Below, piece after piece: positions 19,341 to 29,259 of a stretch of 64,000 bases of DNA; the first letter of the stretch is position 1, and each line of letters starts with the position of its first letter. Both the position numbers and the translations under genes were made by a program. The DNA lies in assembly GCA_041737595.1 (NCBI GenBank), contig JBGSRK010000011.1, forward strand, positions 2,658-66,657, read 5' to 3'. The DNA is from Patescibacteria group bacterium (GTDB lineage: Bacteria; Patescibacteriota; CPR2; UBA1875). Below the pieces are notes generated by a model, which saw nothing but the letters and a program-made list of their open reading frames with translations, made no database searches and was not told where the DNA came from.

Positions 19341-21113
19341 ATGAATAAATTTTTGTTAAAGGTTTTTTTAATTAGTTTTGTTTTTATTTTTTGTCTAATC
19401 CCATTTAATACCTTTTCAGCTTCAAATGAAGTAGTGCGTGATTTTTCTGGGACGTATAGAATAAATAAAGACGCTACAGTTTCAGCTACTGAAAAAATAG
19501 TTTATGATTTTGGTATTCAAAAAAGACATGGGATATATAGATATATACCCTATAAATACCCCATTGAAAAAGGCACAAGAATTGTTGAATTTTCTTCTAT
19601 CAAAGTTAAAGATTCGGCTGGGAATAATATTAATTTTACTAAAAAATATTCTAATCAAAATTTTGAGATAAAAATCGGTAACGCAGATGAATACGTAACC
19701 GGCGAAATTACATATATTATTGATTATCAGATAAACGGGGCTATAAATTATTTTGATTCATATGATGAATTTTATTGGAACGTTACTGGCAATGGGTGGG
19801 AAGTCCCAATTGAAAAAGCTTCAGGAACAGTATATTTCCCAGATGGAACAGAAGAGTCGACGGCGAAAATAAAATGTTTTTCTGGTAGTTACAATTCAAA
19901 AACTGAATGTGATACTAAAAATACCGGGATAATAACAAATGAGACTTTAGCTAACTATAACCAAAGTAATTTATCAGCTGGCCAGGGTCTTACTATCGTA
20001 AATGGGTTTCCAAAAGAATTGGTTGCCTTTCGTGAACCCATCATGGATAGAGGGATTCTTAATGGTTATTCTTGGTGGCTTATTGTTTTAGGTGCGATTA
20101 TAATATTTGCCATACCACTATTAACTTTTATATGGATGTTTTTAACTTGGGTTAAGAGTGGGCGTGACCCAAAAATCAATAGTGCTTATCCGGCCCAATT
20201 TGACCCTCCAAAAAATATGACCCCAATTGAAATTGGAGCAATTATAAAAGATAAAATTGATAATAAACTCGCGAGCGCGGAGTTAATTTATCTTGCCCAA
20301 AAAGGTTATTTGACAATTAATAAGATCCAGAAAAAAATATTAATGTTTAAACAAGAAGATTACGAAATTGTAAAAATAAAAGATTTTGATAATAAATTAA
20401 ATGAATATGATATAAGTTTTTTTACTTCATTAATGGATGGGAAAGAAAAAATAACAATTTCTGAAATGAAAAATTCCAGCAGCAAAGGAGTAATAGATAA
20501 TTTTAAAAAATTAAAAAAACAAGTTTTTGCGAGTCTTACCAAATCTGGATATTATGTAAAATCTCCTCATGAAGTTCAGTTAAAATATTTTGGAATTGCT
20601 GGAGGTTTCTTAACAGCTGGTTTTATTATTACATTTATATTCTCAATTGCTTTTGTTTTTTCAATTGGGCTTTTTCTATCCGCCGGGATTGTCGCACTTT
20701 TTGCAATAATTATGCCAGCAAAAACAATTGAAGGTACAAAAATGAAAGAATACGTTTTAGGGTTTAGAGAATATTTATCGGTTGCAGAAAAAGATCGGTT
20801 AAAAATATTAAATGCACCAAAAGCAGACCCAGAAAGATTTGAAAGTCTACTTTCATATGCAATTGCACTTGGGGTAGAAAAAGAGTGGGCGAAAAAGTTT
20901 GAAGGTATATATAACCAATCACCGTCTTGGTATTCTGACCCTAATAATGCAGTCTTTAATGCAATAGTTCTAACAAGTATTATGGATGATTTTGGAACTG
21001 GATTTAATGGAGCAGTTTTTGCTTCTGCAGCAGCCGCAGGCTCAAGTGGTTTTTCAGGCGGCGGAGGATTTTCTGGTGGTGGGTTTGGCGGCGGAGGCGG
21101 AGGGTCTTGGTAA
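19341..21113 (+). CDS. DUF2207 membrane protein
   Basis: HGIYRYIP, EFYWNVTGNGW, YAIALG, Gly/Ser-rich GGGGGGSW end. Confidence 0.9.
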   Translation: MNKFLLKVFLISFVFIFCLIPFNTFSASNEVVRDFSGTYRINKDATVSATEKIVYDFGIQKRHGIYRYIPYKYPIEKGTRIVEFSSIKVKDSAGNNINFTKKYSNQNFEIKIGNADEYVTGEITYIIDYQINGAINYFDSYDEFYWNVTGNGWEVPIEKASGTVYFPDGTEESTAKIKCFSGSYNSKTECDTKNTGIITNETLANYNQSNLSAGQGLTIVNGFPKELVAFREPIMDRGILNGYSWWLIVLGAIIIFAIPLLTFIWMFLTWVKSGRDPKINSAYPAQFDPPKNMTPIEIGAIIKDKIDNKLASAELIYLAQKGYLTINKIQKKILMFKQEDYEIVKIKDFDNKLNEYDISFFTSLMDGKEKITISEMKNSSSKGVIDNFKKLKKQVFASLTKSGYYVKSPHEVQLKYFGIAGGFLTAGFIITFIFSIAFVFSIGLFLSAGIVALFAIIMPAKTIEGTKMKEYVLGFREYLSVAEKDRLKILNAPKADPERFESLLSYAIALGVEKEWAKKFEGIYNQSPSWYSDPNNAVFNAIVLTSIMDDFGTGFNGAVFASAAAAGSSGFSGGGGFSGGGFGGGGGGSW

Positions 21114-21527
21114 TTAAAAGCCTGCTTCGTCTAGCGCTTCATTAACTAACTTGTCAGCTTCTTTATTAAATTCACGTCGGATATGGCTAAAGGTGATATT
21201 TTTAAAAAATATTAAATCTTTAATTTGATTAAATAACTCTTTCATGCCAGGCTCTTTAACTTTATATACGCCTGTAAGTTGTTTAACAACAAGCTCAGAA
21301 TCAAGACGACATTCAATTTCTTCAGGTTCAAACTTTTGAGCTCTTTTTATTGCTATGACAAGCGCGGTATATTCTGCGACGTTGTTTGTTGCTTTACCAA
21401 TATATTCCTTATGTTCTTCAATTATATTGCCTAATTCATCATAAATAACAATGCCAATACCAGCTGGGCCAGGGTTATTGCGTGAACCGCCGTCTGTGTT
21501 TATTATTAATTTTTTATATTTTTTCAT
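21114..21527 (-). CDS. rnhA: Ribonuclease HI
   Basis: DGGSRNNPGPAG, TNNVAEY, DSELVVKQ, N..AD. Confidence 0.93.
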   Translation of the reverse strand: MKKYKKLIINTDGGSRNNPGPAGIGIVIYDELGNIIEEHKEYIGKATNNVAEYTALVIAIKRAQKFEPEEIECRLDSELVVKQLTGVYKVKEPGMKELFNQIKDLIFFKNITFSHIRREFNKEADKLVNEALDEAGF

Positions 21528-21729
21528 TACTTATCTATTTTAATGGCAAACCTAAAAATATGGAAATATATTATTTTTTACTTGAAATAAATTGTGAAAA
21601 GTAGGATAATTTAACTACAGTTTAAGGGGGAAAGAGGGCATCAGTACTTATCAAAAAAAACCCAACCTATTTTTTAAGATATTCAAGAAAATATCTAGTT
21701 TTTTTGTATTATCATCTCGACTTTGTTTT

Positions 21730-21788
21730 GTCATTCTGAGCGTAGCGAAGAATCTAAATTTAGATCCTTCACATTTGTTCAGGATGAC
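21730..21788. repeat. GTC-tagged REP-like doublet (same family as the GIY-YIG flanks)
   Basis: gtcattctgagcgtagcgaagaatct ... agatccttcacatttgttcaggatgac. Confidence 0.85.
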
Positions 21789-21805
21789 ATATAGGGGAGG
21801 GGTTA

Positions 21806-24800
21806 ATGTTTAAAAAGATATTCAAGAAAATATCTCGTACTTTAGTATTGTCATCCCGAGTGAAATCGAGGGATCTAGGCTTTAAAGGGTTGCACCCTTT
21901 TAAAAAGGGACTGTCCCTTTTTAAGGGGTTCCATCAATTAAGGTTTAAAACAACTTTCCATCTTCACCTTAAAGCTTCAAGGATGAATTGGTATAAAAGG
22001 TGGCATGATTACAAATTTTCACACCATGTACACTCTGCAACTGCAGTAGTGGCAATTTTTACATTAATTTTTTCTTTATTCATATTCCCTCATGAGACAA
22101 AAGCTTCACTTGTCGAAACAACCAAAACAATTACCAGTGAAAATGATTTTAATTTAGGTAGTCATTCTAATACCGAAACAACAAATATTTCTGGAGGCGA
22201 GGTTAGGCTTGAAACAATAGAAAATTGGTGGAATACATCTTGGACCAAAAGAAAAGAAATAACTGTTACAAATAGTAACCCTACTGTTTTAACTGATTAT
22301 GAATTAAAAATCACCACTAGTTATGATTCTGATATGCAAGCAGATTTTGATGATTTGCGATTTACTAATTTAGCTGGTACAGAACTTGGTTATTGGATTG
22401 AAACTAAAACCAATAGTGTTTCAGCTAACGTTTGGGTGAAAATAAATTCATTAGCAGCATCCAGCGATACAAAAATTTATGTTTATTATGGGAACAATAG
22501 TGTTTCCACTACAAGTAATAAAACAGTTATTTCTCCAATTGTAACGTCTGGCGGGACAACAACTACTTCTGGTTCAGCTGTAATTCATAAATTCACATCA
22601 ACAGGAACATTCACGGTTAGTGGTGGGAGCGGAACTGTCGAGGCACTTGTGGTTGCTGGCGGCGGTGGTGGAGGAGGGCGAATGGGTGGCGGCGGCGGAG
22701 CTGGAGGGTTGCTTTATAATGCAACATTACCGGTTAGTTCTCAGAGTTATACAGCTACAATAGGTGGCGGCGGTGCGGGCGGATATTCAGCTGCATCAGG
22801 TGTAAAAGGTTCAAATTCAGTTTTTAGTACACTCACTGCGATTGGCGGGGGAGGAGGCGGTTATTATAGTAATGTGGCTGGCATTACAGGTGGTTCTGGT
22901 GGTGGTGGTGGTGGCTCTTCAAGCACTACAACTGGGTCTGCTGGAGGATCAGAAACTTCTGGACAAGGATATTCAGGGGGTAGATCAGGTGGTTCTTCTT
23001 ATAAATACGATGGAGGTGGTGGTGGAGGTGCTGGTGGTTTAGGACAAGATGGTCAATCAAATCGAGGTGGGAATGGTGGGGTTGGTAAACAATATTCAAT
23101 CTCTGGTGTTACTACCTATTATGCAGGAGGTGGAGGTGGCGGCGGTTACTATTATTCCCCTTACTGCACAGCTACAAGTGTTGGTGGTTTGGGTGGAGGC
23201 GGTGCAGGTAATTGCCTGTCTGGTGGAAATGGTACAGCTGGTACTGCAAATACTGGCGGTGGTGGAGGCGGTGCAGGCTATTCAACTGGTAGAGGTGGTG
23301 CTGGTGGCTCAGGTATTGTAATTATCCGTTATGATTTTCGCACTCCAGCAGCCGTGGAACCTACTTTTACGTTTGGGAATGAAATTGCTTCTATAACATC
23401 TTCCGGTACATGGCAATCACCAACAGATATTGAAAATGGAGCAATTGACCTTATTTGGAATGGAGGATGGGGGACTCCAAACGGGTTAGAAGTAGACGTC
23501 ACAATCCCAACTAATTCTTTAATTAATTTTGAAATTCGTTCAAGTGCCATTGGTGGAGCTTCAGATGGCGACTGGTCTTCTTGGCAAAATATTGGCTCAG
23601 CGACCCCCGGAACAACTACTTATATGGTTACAAATGGGAATATGCCGAGTAATGCGAATTTACCAATTGGGACTAATCGATATGTACAATTAAGAGCAAA
23701 TTTAAGTAGTTCTGATGGAGTAGGCAACCCTCAATTAAAAGAAATGCGGCTTATCTATATGGCAGATAATAATGCACCAACAAACCCTAATTTAGTAGAA
23801 GGGTTTAAAGATGATTCTAAAAATAATACTGTTTCCGATGAAAATTGGTCAAATTCAAACACCCCATACTTTGAATGGACTGGAGAAGCTGATGGCCCTG
23901 GTGAATCTGGTATAGATGGTTATTGGGTATATTTTGGAACAGACCCAACAGCCGATCCTATGACTGCTGGAGCTTGGCAGGTCACAAATACATACCAAGC
24001 AAGTATTGATGAAGCTCAATCAGGGAAAACATATTATTTATGCATATCTACTCAAGATGAGGCATTAAACCGTTATTTAAATGGTGATCCAAATTATTTT
24101 AAAACATTCACTTACAAATTTGATAAAACCTTACCTCAGAATCCTTCAAATGTTACAGTTGACCCTTTTGGGTGGGCAACAGTTAATGAATTTGATTTTA
24201 ATTGGAATGCAGGGTCTGACCCAATGTTTAATGGTGATGCATCTGGGATTGCGGGTTATCAATACCGAGTCGGAGATACAGGTGACTGGAGTGTTACAGT
24301 AACAGATAGATCACTCAATAATGTAATTGCTTATCAAAATGGAGAAAATAACTTTTATTTAAGAACAGTTGATAACGCAGGGAATATTTCCGAACCTCCT
24401 GCACAAATAATTTACAGATACAATGCAGATGCACCTGAGAAACCAACATATCTTACTGTAAATCCTCAATCATCTCAGGAAAATAGTTTTACTTTTGAAT
24501 GGGACCTACCAGATTCATATAATGGCTCAATTAAAAAATATTATTATTCTGTAAATGCTATACCATCAGAAAATAATTCAGTTCAAATTAGTGTAAATAA
24601 CCCTCCTTCAAATGTGACAATTGATGGTGAGGGCCATGTAATACTTGATTCAATCACTGCTGCATCACAACAAGGTTTAAATACTTTTTATGTTGTAGCA
24701 ATGGATGATACAGAAAATATTAACTTTAATAATTATGAACAAATCCAATTTGAATGTAATACTCCTGCCCCTGGTTCTCCAACATCAGTTAAAATATTTG

Positions 24801-26281
24801 ATACCTCTGACAGAGAAGAACAAGAATATTCAATAGCACTTTCATGGAAAGAACCGACATTTACTGGGGTTGGTTTTTCCGGTTATATAATTGAACGTTC
24901 TGATGATAATAATCATTTTGATGTCATTGGAGCTGGTTCCTCACCTTCATTTATAGATATTGAACTTGAAAGTAGAACATATTATTATCGTGTTCTTTCA
25001 AAAGATAATTCAGGTAATGTTTCAGCCCCAAGTACTGTTGTTTCTATTGTCCCAACCGGTAAATATACTACCCCACCTGAACTTACTGATGGTCCAACAA
25101 TTGAATACAAGATTTCTTCAGCCAAAGTTTCTTGGCTTACAGATAGAGAAGCTTCATCATTTGTAGAAATAGGTGAAAATACAAATTATGGTTTAACCCA
25201 GGGTCAATTTGATTTTTTGAAAAAACATGAAGTAAATTTAGATAATTTAAAACCTGATACAATTTATCATTACAGAGTCAAATATGTAGATCAAGATGGT
25301 AATATTGGATATTCAGCTGATTCTACCTTTAAAACAGAACCAGCCCCAAGAGCAGCAAATGTAGAAATTTTTGATATCAGATTAACAACTGCTGTTATAA
25401 ATTGGAACACAACGGCCCCTGCAGAGTGTAGTGTCCTTATTGGTAAAAATTCAAATTATTCAACTACTATCGAAAATGTTTCAGGTGGGTTTACTAAATC
25501 CCACTCTGTTAGACTTTCGGATTTAGAACATTCATCGCTTTATCATTTTGCAATAAGAATAAAAGATATTGATGATAATGAAGTTATTTCAGATGATTAT
25601 TCCTTTGAGACATTAAAATTTCCTAAAGTATCTTTAGTAAGGCTTGAACCGATTAAAGATGCTTCAACTGCAACCATGAAATTTACCTGGACAACTAATG
25701 TTCCAACAACATCGGTGATAGAATATACTCCTCAAGGTGGACGAACACAAGAAGCTGTTAGTTCGAAATTAATAACTACACATGAGTTAACGATTCCAGG
25801 GCTTCAAGATAATACCCCATATGTCGTTCAAATTCTAGGAAGAGATCAATTTGGGAATCAACCAATTTCTGATAGACAGACATTTAAAACAGATTTTGAT
25901 ACTAGACCACCAAAAGTTAGTAATGTAACCAGTGAGTCAGAAATTCTTGGTTATGGTCTTGAAGCAAAAGGGCAACTTGTTGTTTACTGGGAAACAGATG
26001 AACCATCAACTTCTCAGGTTGAGTTTGGAATAGGCTCAAATAGTTCTTCTTACACAAATAAGACCCAAGAAGATACAAATTATGTTACATCACATGTAGT
26101 TATTGTTTCAGATTTAAAAACATCTGCTCCTTATCATATTCGTACTGCTTCGAAAGATCAATCTGGGAATGTTGGTTATTCAGAAGACCGTTCTACTCTT
26201 ATTGGGCAAGCTAGTAATTCAGTCTTTGATATAATAGTAGAAACATTAAATGCTACACTTGGCTGGTTATTTAGGCTATAA
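21806..26281 (+). CDS. Large surface protein: DUF2341-like, glycine-rich and multiple FN3-like domains
   Basis: TM/signal segment near residue 80; DFDDLRFT..LGYWIE..VWVKI; long GGGGG tracts; repeated W.T...S.VE.G and H.V.L..L..T.Y FN3 motifs. Confidence 0.85.
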   Translation: MFKKIFKKISRTLVLSSRVKSRDLGFKGLHPFKKGLSLFKGFHQLRFKTTFHLHLKASRMNWYKRWHDYKFSHHVHSATAVVAIFTLIFSLFIFPHETKASLVETTKTITSENDFNLGSHSNTETTNISGGEVRLETIENWWNTSWTKRKEITVTNSNPTVLTDYELKITTSYDSDMQADFDDLRFTNLAGTELGYWIETKTNSVSANVWVKINSLAASSDTKIYVYYGNNSVSTTSNKTVISPIVTSGGTTTTSGSAVIHKFTSTGTFTVSGGSGTVEALVVAGGGGGGGRMGGGGGAGGLLYNATLPVSSQSYTATIGGGGAGGYSAASGVKGSNSVFSTLTAIGGGGGGYYSNVAGITGGSGGGGGGSSSTTTGSAGGSETSGQGYSGGRSGGSSYKYDGGGGGGAGGLGQDGQSNRGGNGGVGKQYSISGVTTYYAGGGGGGGYYYSPYCTATSVGGLGGGGAGNCLSGGNGTAGTANTGGGGGGAGYSTGRGGAGGSGIVIIRYDFRTPAAVEPTFTFGNEIASITSSGTWQSPTDIENGAIDLIWNGGWGTPNGLEVDVTIPTNSLINFEIRSSAIGGASDGDWSSWQNIGSATPGTTTYMVTNGNMPSNANLPIGTNRYVQLRANLSSSDGVGNPQLKEMRLIYMADNNAPTNPNLVEGFKDDSKNNTVSDENWSNSNTPYFEWTGEADGPGESGIDGYWVYFGTDPTADPMTAGAWQVTNTYQASIDEAQSGKTYYLCISTQDEALNRYLNGDPNYFKTFTYKFDKTLPQNPSNVTVDPFGWATVNEFDFNWNAGSDPMFNGDASGIAGYQYRVGDTGDWSVTVTDRSLNNVIAYQNGENNFYLRTVDNAGNISEPPAQIIYRYNADAPEKPTYLTVNPQSSQENSFTFEWDLPDSYNGSIKKYYYSVNAIPSENNSVQISVNNPPSNVTIDGEGHVILDSITAASQQGLNTFYVVAMDDTENINFNNYEQIQFECNTPAPGSPTSVKIFDTSDREEQEYSIALSWKEPTFTGVGFSGYIIERSDDNNHFDVIGAGSSPSFIDIELESRTYYYRVLSKDNSGNVSAPSTVVSIVPTGKYTTPPELTDGPTIEYKISSAKVSWLTDREASSFVEIGENTNYGLTQGQFDFLKKHEVNLDNLKPDTIYHYRVKYVDQDGNIGYSADSTFKTEPAPRAANVEIFDIRLTTAVINWNTTAPAECSVLIGKNSNYSTTIENVSGGFTKSHSVRLSDLEHSSLYHFAIRIKDIDDNEVISDDYSFETLKFPKVSLVRLEPIKDASTATMKFTWTTNVPTTSVIEYTPQGGRTQEAVSSKLITTHELTIPGLQDNTPYVVQILGRDQFGNQPISDRQTFKTDFDTRPPKVSNVTSESEILGYGLEAKGQLVVYWETDEPSTSQVEFGIGSNSSSYTNKTQEDTNYVTSHVVIVSDLKTSAPYHIRTASKDQSGNVGYSEDRSTLIGQASNSVFDIIVETLNATLGWLFRL

Positions 26282-26306
26282 TATTAGTAATTAAGAGGGG
26301 ATTAAA

Positions 26307-27065
26307 ATAAAAAATAAAAAACCAATAATAGAGATAAAAAAAGTCTATAAATCTTTTAATGTAGGTAAGGGTAAGGTAGATGTATTAAAGGATATAAATT
26401 TAGAAATTTATCCTGGAGAATTTGTTATTCTTTTTGGACCTTCTGGTTGTGGTAAATCAACTCTTTTAAATACAATTGTTGGTCTTGAAACACCGACATC
26501 GGGCGAGGTTAGTGTACGTGGTAAAAACTTTTATGGGATGAAAGAAAATGACCGGACAATTTTTCGACGTAAAAAGTTTGGGATTGTTTATCAACAACCA
26601 AACTGGGTTAAATCACTTAATGTTCTCGATAATGTCGCATTCCCGTTATGCCTCTCTGGTTCAAGTGAAAAAAAAGCAAAAGAAAGAGCAAAAAATTTAT
26701 TGAATCTTTTCCGTTTAGAGGAATTTGAAAAAAATGTTCCAACAGAACTTTCCGGTGGTCAACAACAAAGAGTATCTGCCGCAAGGTCTCTTATAGCAAA
26801 TCCATGGATAATAATTGCAGATGAACCAACTGGTAATCTAGATACAACTTCTGCATCTGATTTAATGTATACTTTTCAATTTTTAAATAATGAATCAAAA
26901 AGAACCGTTATTATGGTAACTCATAACCCAGAATATGAAAAATACGCAACTAAAATTATTAAAATGGAAGACGGTAGAGTCAAGTCTACAAAGATTAAAA
27001 AAGATATTTGTATTAAAGAAGAAGACATTTTACCTGATATTATTCCTGAAGGAGATAAAAAATGA
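26307..27065 (+). CDS. ABC transporter ATP-binding protein (LolD/MacB-like; ATA start)
   Basis: Walker A GPSGCGKS (26436-26459) lies upstream of the first ATG; LSGGQQQR and ADEPTGNLD; GAGGGG SD at 26295-26300. Confidence 0.9.
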   Translation: MKNKKPIIEIKKVYKSFNVGKGKVDVLKDINLEIYPGEFVILFGPSGCGKSTLLNTIVGLETPTSGEVSVRGKNFYGMKENDRTIFRRKKFGIVYQQPNWVKSLNVLDNVAFPLCLSGSSEKKAKERAKNLLNLFRLEEFEKNVPTELSGGQQQRVSAARSLIANPWIIIADEPTGNLDTTSASDLMYTFQFLNNESKRTVIMVTHNPEYEKYATKIIKMEDGRVKSTKIKKDICIKEEDILPDIIPEGDKK

Positions 27066-28264
27066 GTATGAAAAGAACATATTTATATAAGCTTGCCCTT
27101 CTTAATATTGTGGCACATAAATTAAGATCAATATTAACTATATCGGGTGTAGCAATTGGCGTTGGGTTTATTGTGTTTCTTATTTCTCTCGGTTATGGTT
27201 TACAACGAATTTCTACCCAACAAATTGCAAACCTGGAAGCATTACAAATAATAGATGTTACACCAGGTAAATCAAAAATTGTAAAAATTAATGAAGAAGT
27301 TTTGGATAAATTTAAAAAACTTTCAAATGTGAGTGAGGTTACCCCAGAACTTAGTTTAGTAGGGAAAATATCCTATGCCTCTAGTACAACAGAAGGCGTA
27401 ATTTATGGTAAAAATTCTGATTATATAAAACTCGAAGATCCACGATTAGTAACTGGAAGTTTTTATACTAATAATAATTCAGATGGTGCAATTATAAATC
27501 AAACAGCTGTTAAACAACTTGGGTTAAAAGATGATAAAGATGCAATTGGTAAGAAAATTGATTTATCAATAATAATAGGGAAAGATTATTTTGAGGATGC
27601 AGAGAACGATAAAACAGAAGACATAGTAGTCTCTATTTCAGGTGTTTTAGAAAATGAAAGTTCACCTTATGTTTACATCCCATTAGAAAAATACAAGTCA
27701 CTTGGTGTAGTTAATTACAGTTCAGTTAAAGTTAAAGTAGCGAACAAAGAAAGTGTCGATATCACAAAAAAACAACTTGAAAACCTTGGTTTTAAAACCA
27801 CAACTCTAAAAGATACAGTTGACCAAATTAATCAATTTTTTACTATATTTCAATTAATATTACTTTCATTTGGTGTTATTGCAGTAATTGTTGCAGCTCT
27901 GGGTATGTTTAATACTCTTACTATCTCATTACTTGAAAAAACTCGCGAAATATCTTTTATGAAAGTACTTGGGACTGAAACAAATGATATTTGGAGATTA
28001 TTCTTAGGAGAAGCAATTATTATTGGTCTTCTCGGAACAACACTTGGAATACTTGCGGGGACATTAATTGGGTCAGGATTAAATAATTTTTTAATAGATT
28101 TAGCTCAGAAGACAGGCAATAAGCCCGTTGAAATATTTTATACTCCAATTACATTTATCTTAATAATCTTTACTATTTCACTCACAATAAGTATTCTCAC
28201 TGGTATTTATCCAGCTTATCGTGCTACCCGTATTGATCCTCTTGAAGCAATGCGTTACGAATAA
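27062..28264 (+). CDS. ABC transporter permease (MacB/FtsX family)
   Basis: RSILTISGVAIG, EKTREI..MK.LG, YPAYRATRIDPLEAMRYE. Confidence 0.92.
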   Translation: MSMKRTYLYKLALLNIVAHKLRSILTISGVAIGVGFIVFLISLGYGLQRISTQQIANLEALQIIDVTPGKSKIVKINEEVLDKFKKLSNVSEVTPELSLVGKISYASSTTEGVIYGKNSDYIKLEDPRLVTGSFYTNNNSDGAIINQTAVKQLGLKDDKDAIGKKIDLSIIIGKDYFEDAENDKTEDIVVSISGVLENESSPYVYIPLEKYKSLGVVNYSSVKVKVANKESVDITKKQLENLGFKTTTLKDTVDQINQFFTIFQLILLSFGVIAVIVAALGMFNTLTISLLEKTREISFMKVLGTETNDIWRLFLGEAIIIGLLGTTLGILAGTLIGSGLNNFLIDLAQKTGNKPVEIFYTPITFILIIFTISLTISILTGIYPAYRATRIDPLEAMRYE

Positions 28265-28344
28265 TTGAAATTATTTCTCTCTAAAGATTGTATTATAAAG
28301 ACACAAAACCTTTTTTGATTTATAATTGGTTTGGTAATTATTTT

Positions 28345-29250
28345 ATGAGACAACACAGTATAAGATTAAGAAATCAATATAAGCAAAAAAAAGCCAAGAA
28401 AAAAATGTTTGGTCTATTTTTGTTATTTACTTTACTTATATGTCTTAGTTATTTTGGTTATAAATATTATATTCAAGGTAAAACTGATATATTAAATGAC
28501 ACAAAAAATATAGTTGTTCCAATTATAAAAAAAGAACCACCAAAGCCGAAAATTCAAGAGTCAGAACTTCGTGAAAAAATCGCAACTGTTCTTTTGAGTT
28601 ATCCTGGGGTAGATACTACAATTGTAATTTCTGAACCAAAAAATGATGTGCCAATAATTATCGGGAACAATGAGAAATATTTAGGAGCCTCTACTACAAA
28701 ATTAATTTCTGCTATATATTATCTTTCAAAAGTTGAGTCAGGTCAAAGAACACTTACTCAATATTTTGGTAGTTATACCGCAGAATGGCATCTTGCGCAA
28801 CTTATAAATCAAAGTAATAATGCCTCATGGGATATATTTATTAAAAATTTAGGGTATAAAAATATTGAAAATTATGCGCATCAAATTGGAGCAACTTCCT
28901 TTAATAATAATGATAATAGTATAATTGCATCAGACACAAACCTGATTACAAAAAAATTGTATAATGGTGAACTTTTAAATGAAACCCATACTAATCTTTT
29001 ATACTCTTATATGACTGGGACTAACAATGAAGACCTGATTCCAGCATATTTTACTGATGGGACCGAAGTTTTACATAAATATGGGATTTTATATGGTAAT
29101 TTACACGATACGGCGATTGTTAAAGATAAAAATAGTACTTATATTTTAACAATTTATACAAATAGCGATGCAGGGCTTTACTACGAAACAAGAATGCAAC
29201 TTTTCCATGATATTGTTAAACAGGTTTCTTGGTATCAAAATAATAAATAG
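28345..29250 (+). CDS. Membrane-anchored serine hydrolase (class A beta-lactamase fold)
   Basis: ASTTK (SxxK), SNN and HKYG; N-terminal TM. Confidence 0.85.
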   Translation: MRQHSIRLRNQYKQKKAKKKMFGLFLLFTLLICLSYFGYKYYIQGKTDILNDTKNIVVPIIKKEPPKPKIQESELREKIATVLLSYPGVDTTIVISEPKNDVPIIIGNNEKYLGASTTKLISAIYYLSKVESGQRTLTQYFGSYTAEWHLAQLINQSNNASWDIFIKNLGYKNIENYAHQIGATSFNNNDNSIIASDTNLITKKLYNGELLNETHTNLLYSYMTGTNNEDLIPAYFTDGTEVLHKYGILYGNLHDTAIVKDKNSTYILTIYTNSDAGLYYETRMQLFHDIVKQVSWYQNNK

Positions 29251-29259
29251 GGATAATTT

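Noticed and set aside
22540-23330. DGR target or nucleotide tandem repeat in the glycine-rich block
   Set aside because: Codons vary, and there is no template/variable repeat pair or reverse transcriptase in the window
26301-26537. Truncated or pseudogene ABC ATPase
   Set aside because: The frame is intact with Walker A and a well-placed SD; a non-canonical start explains it better
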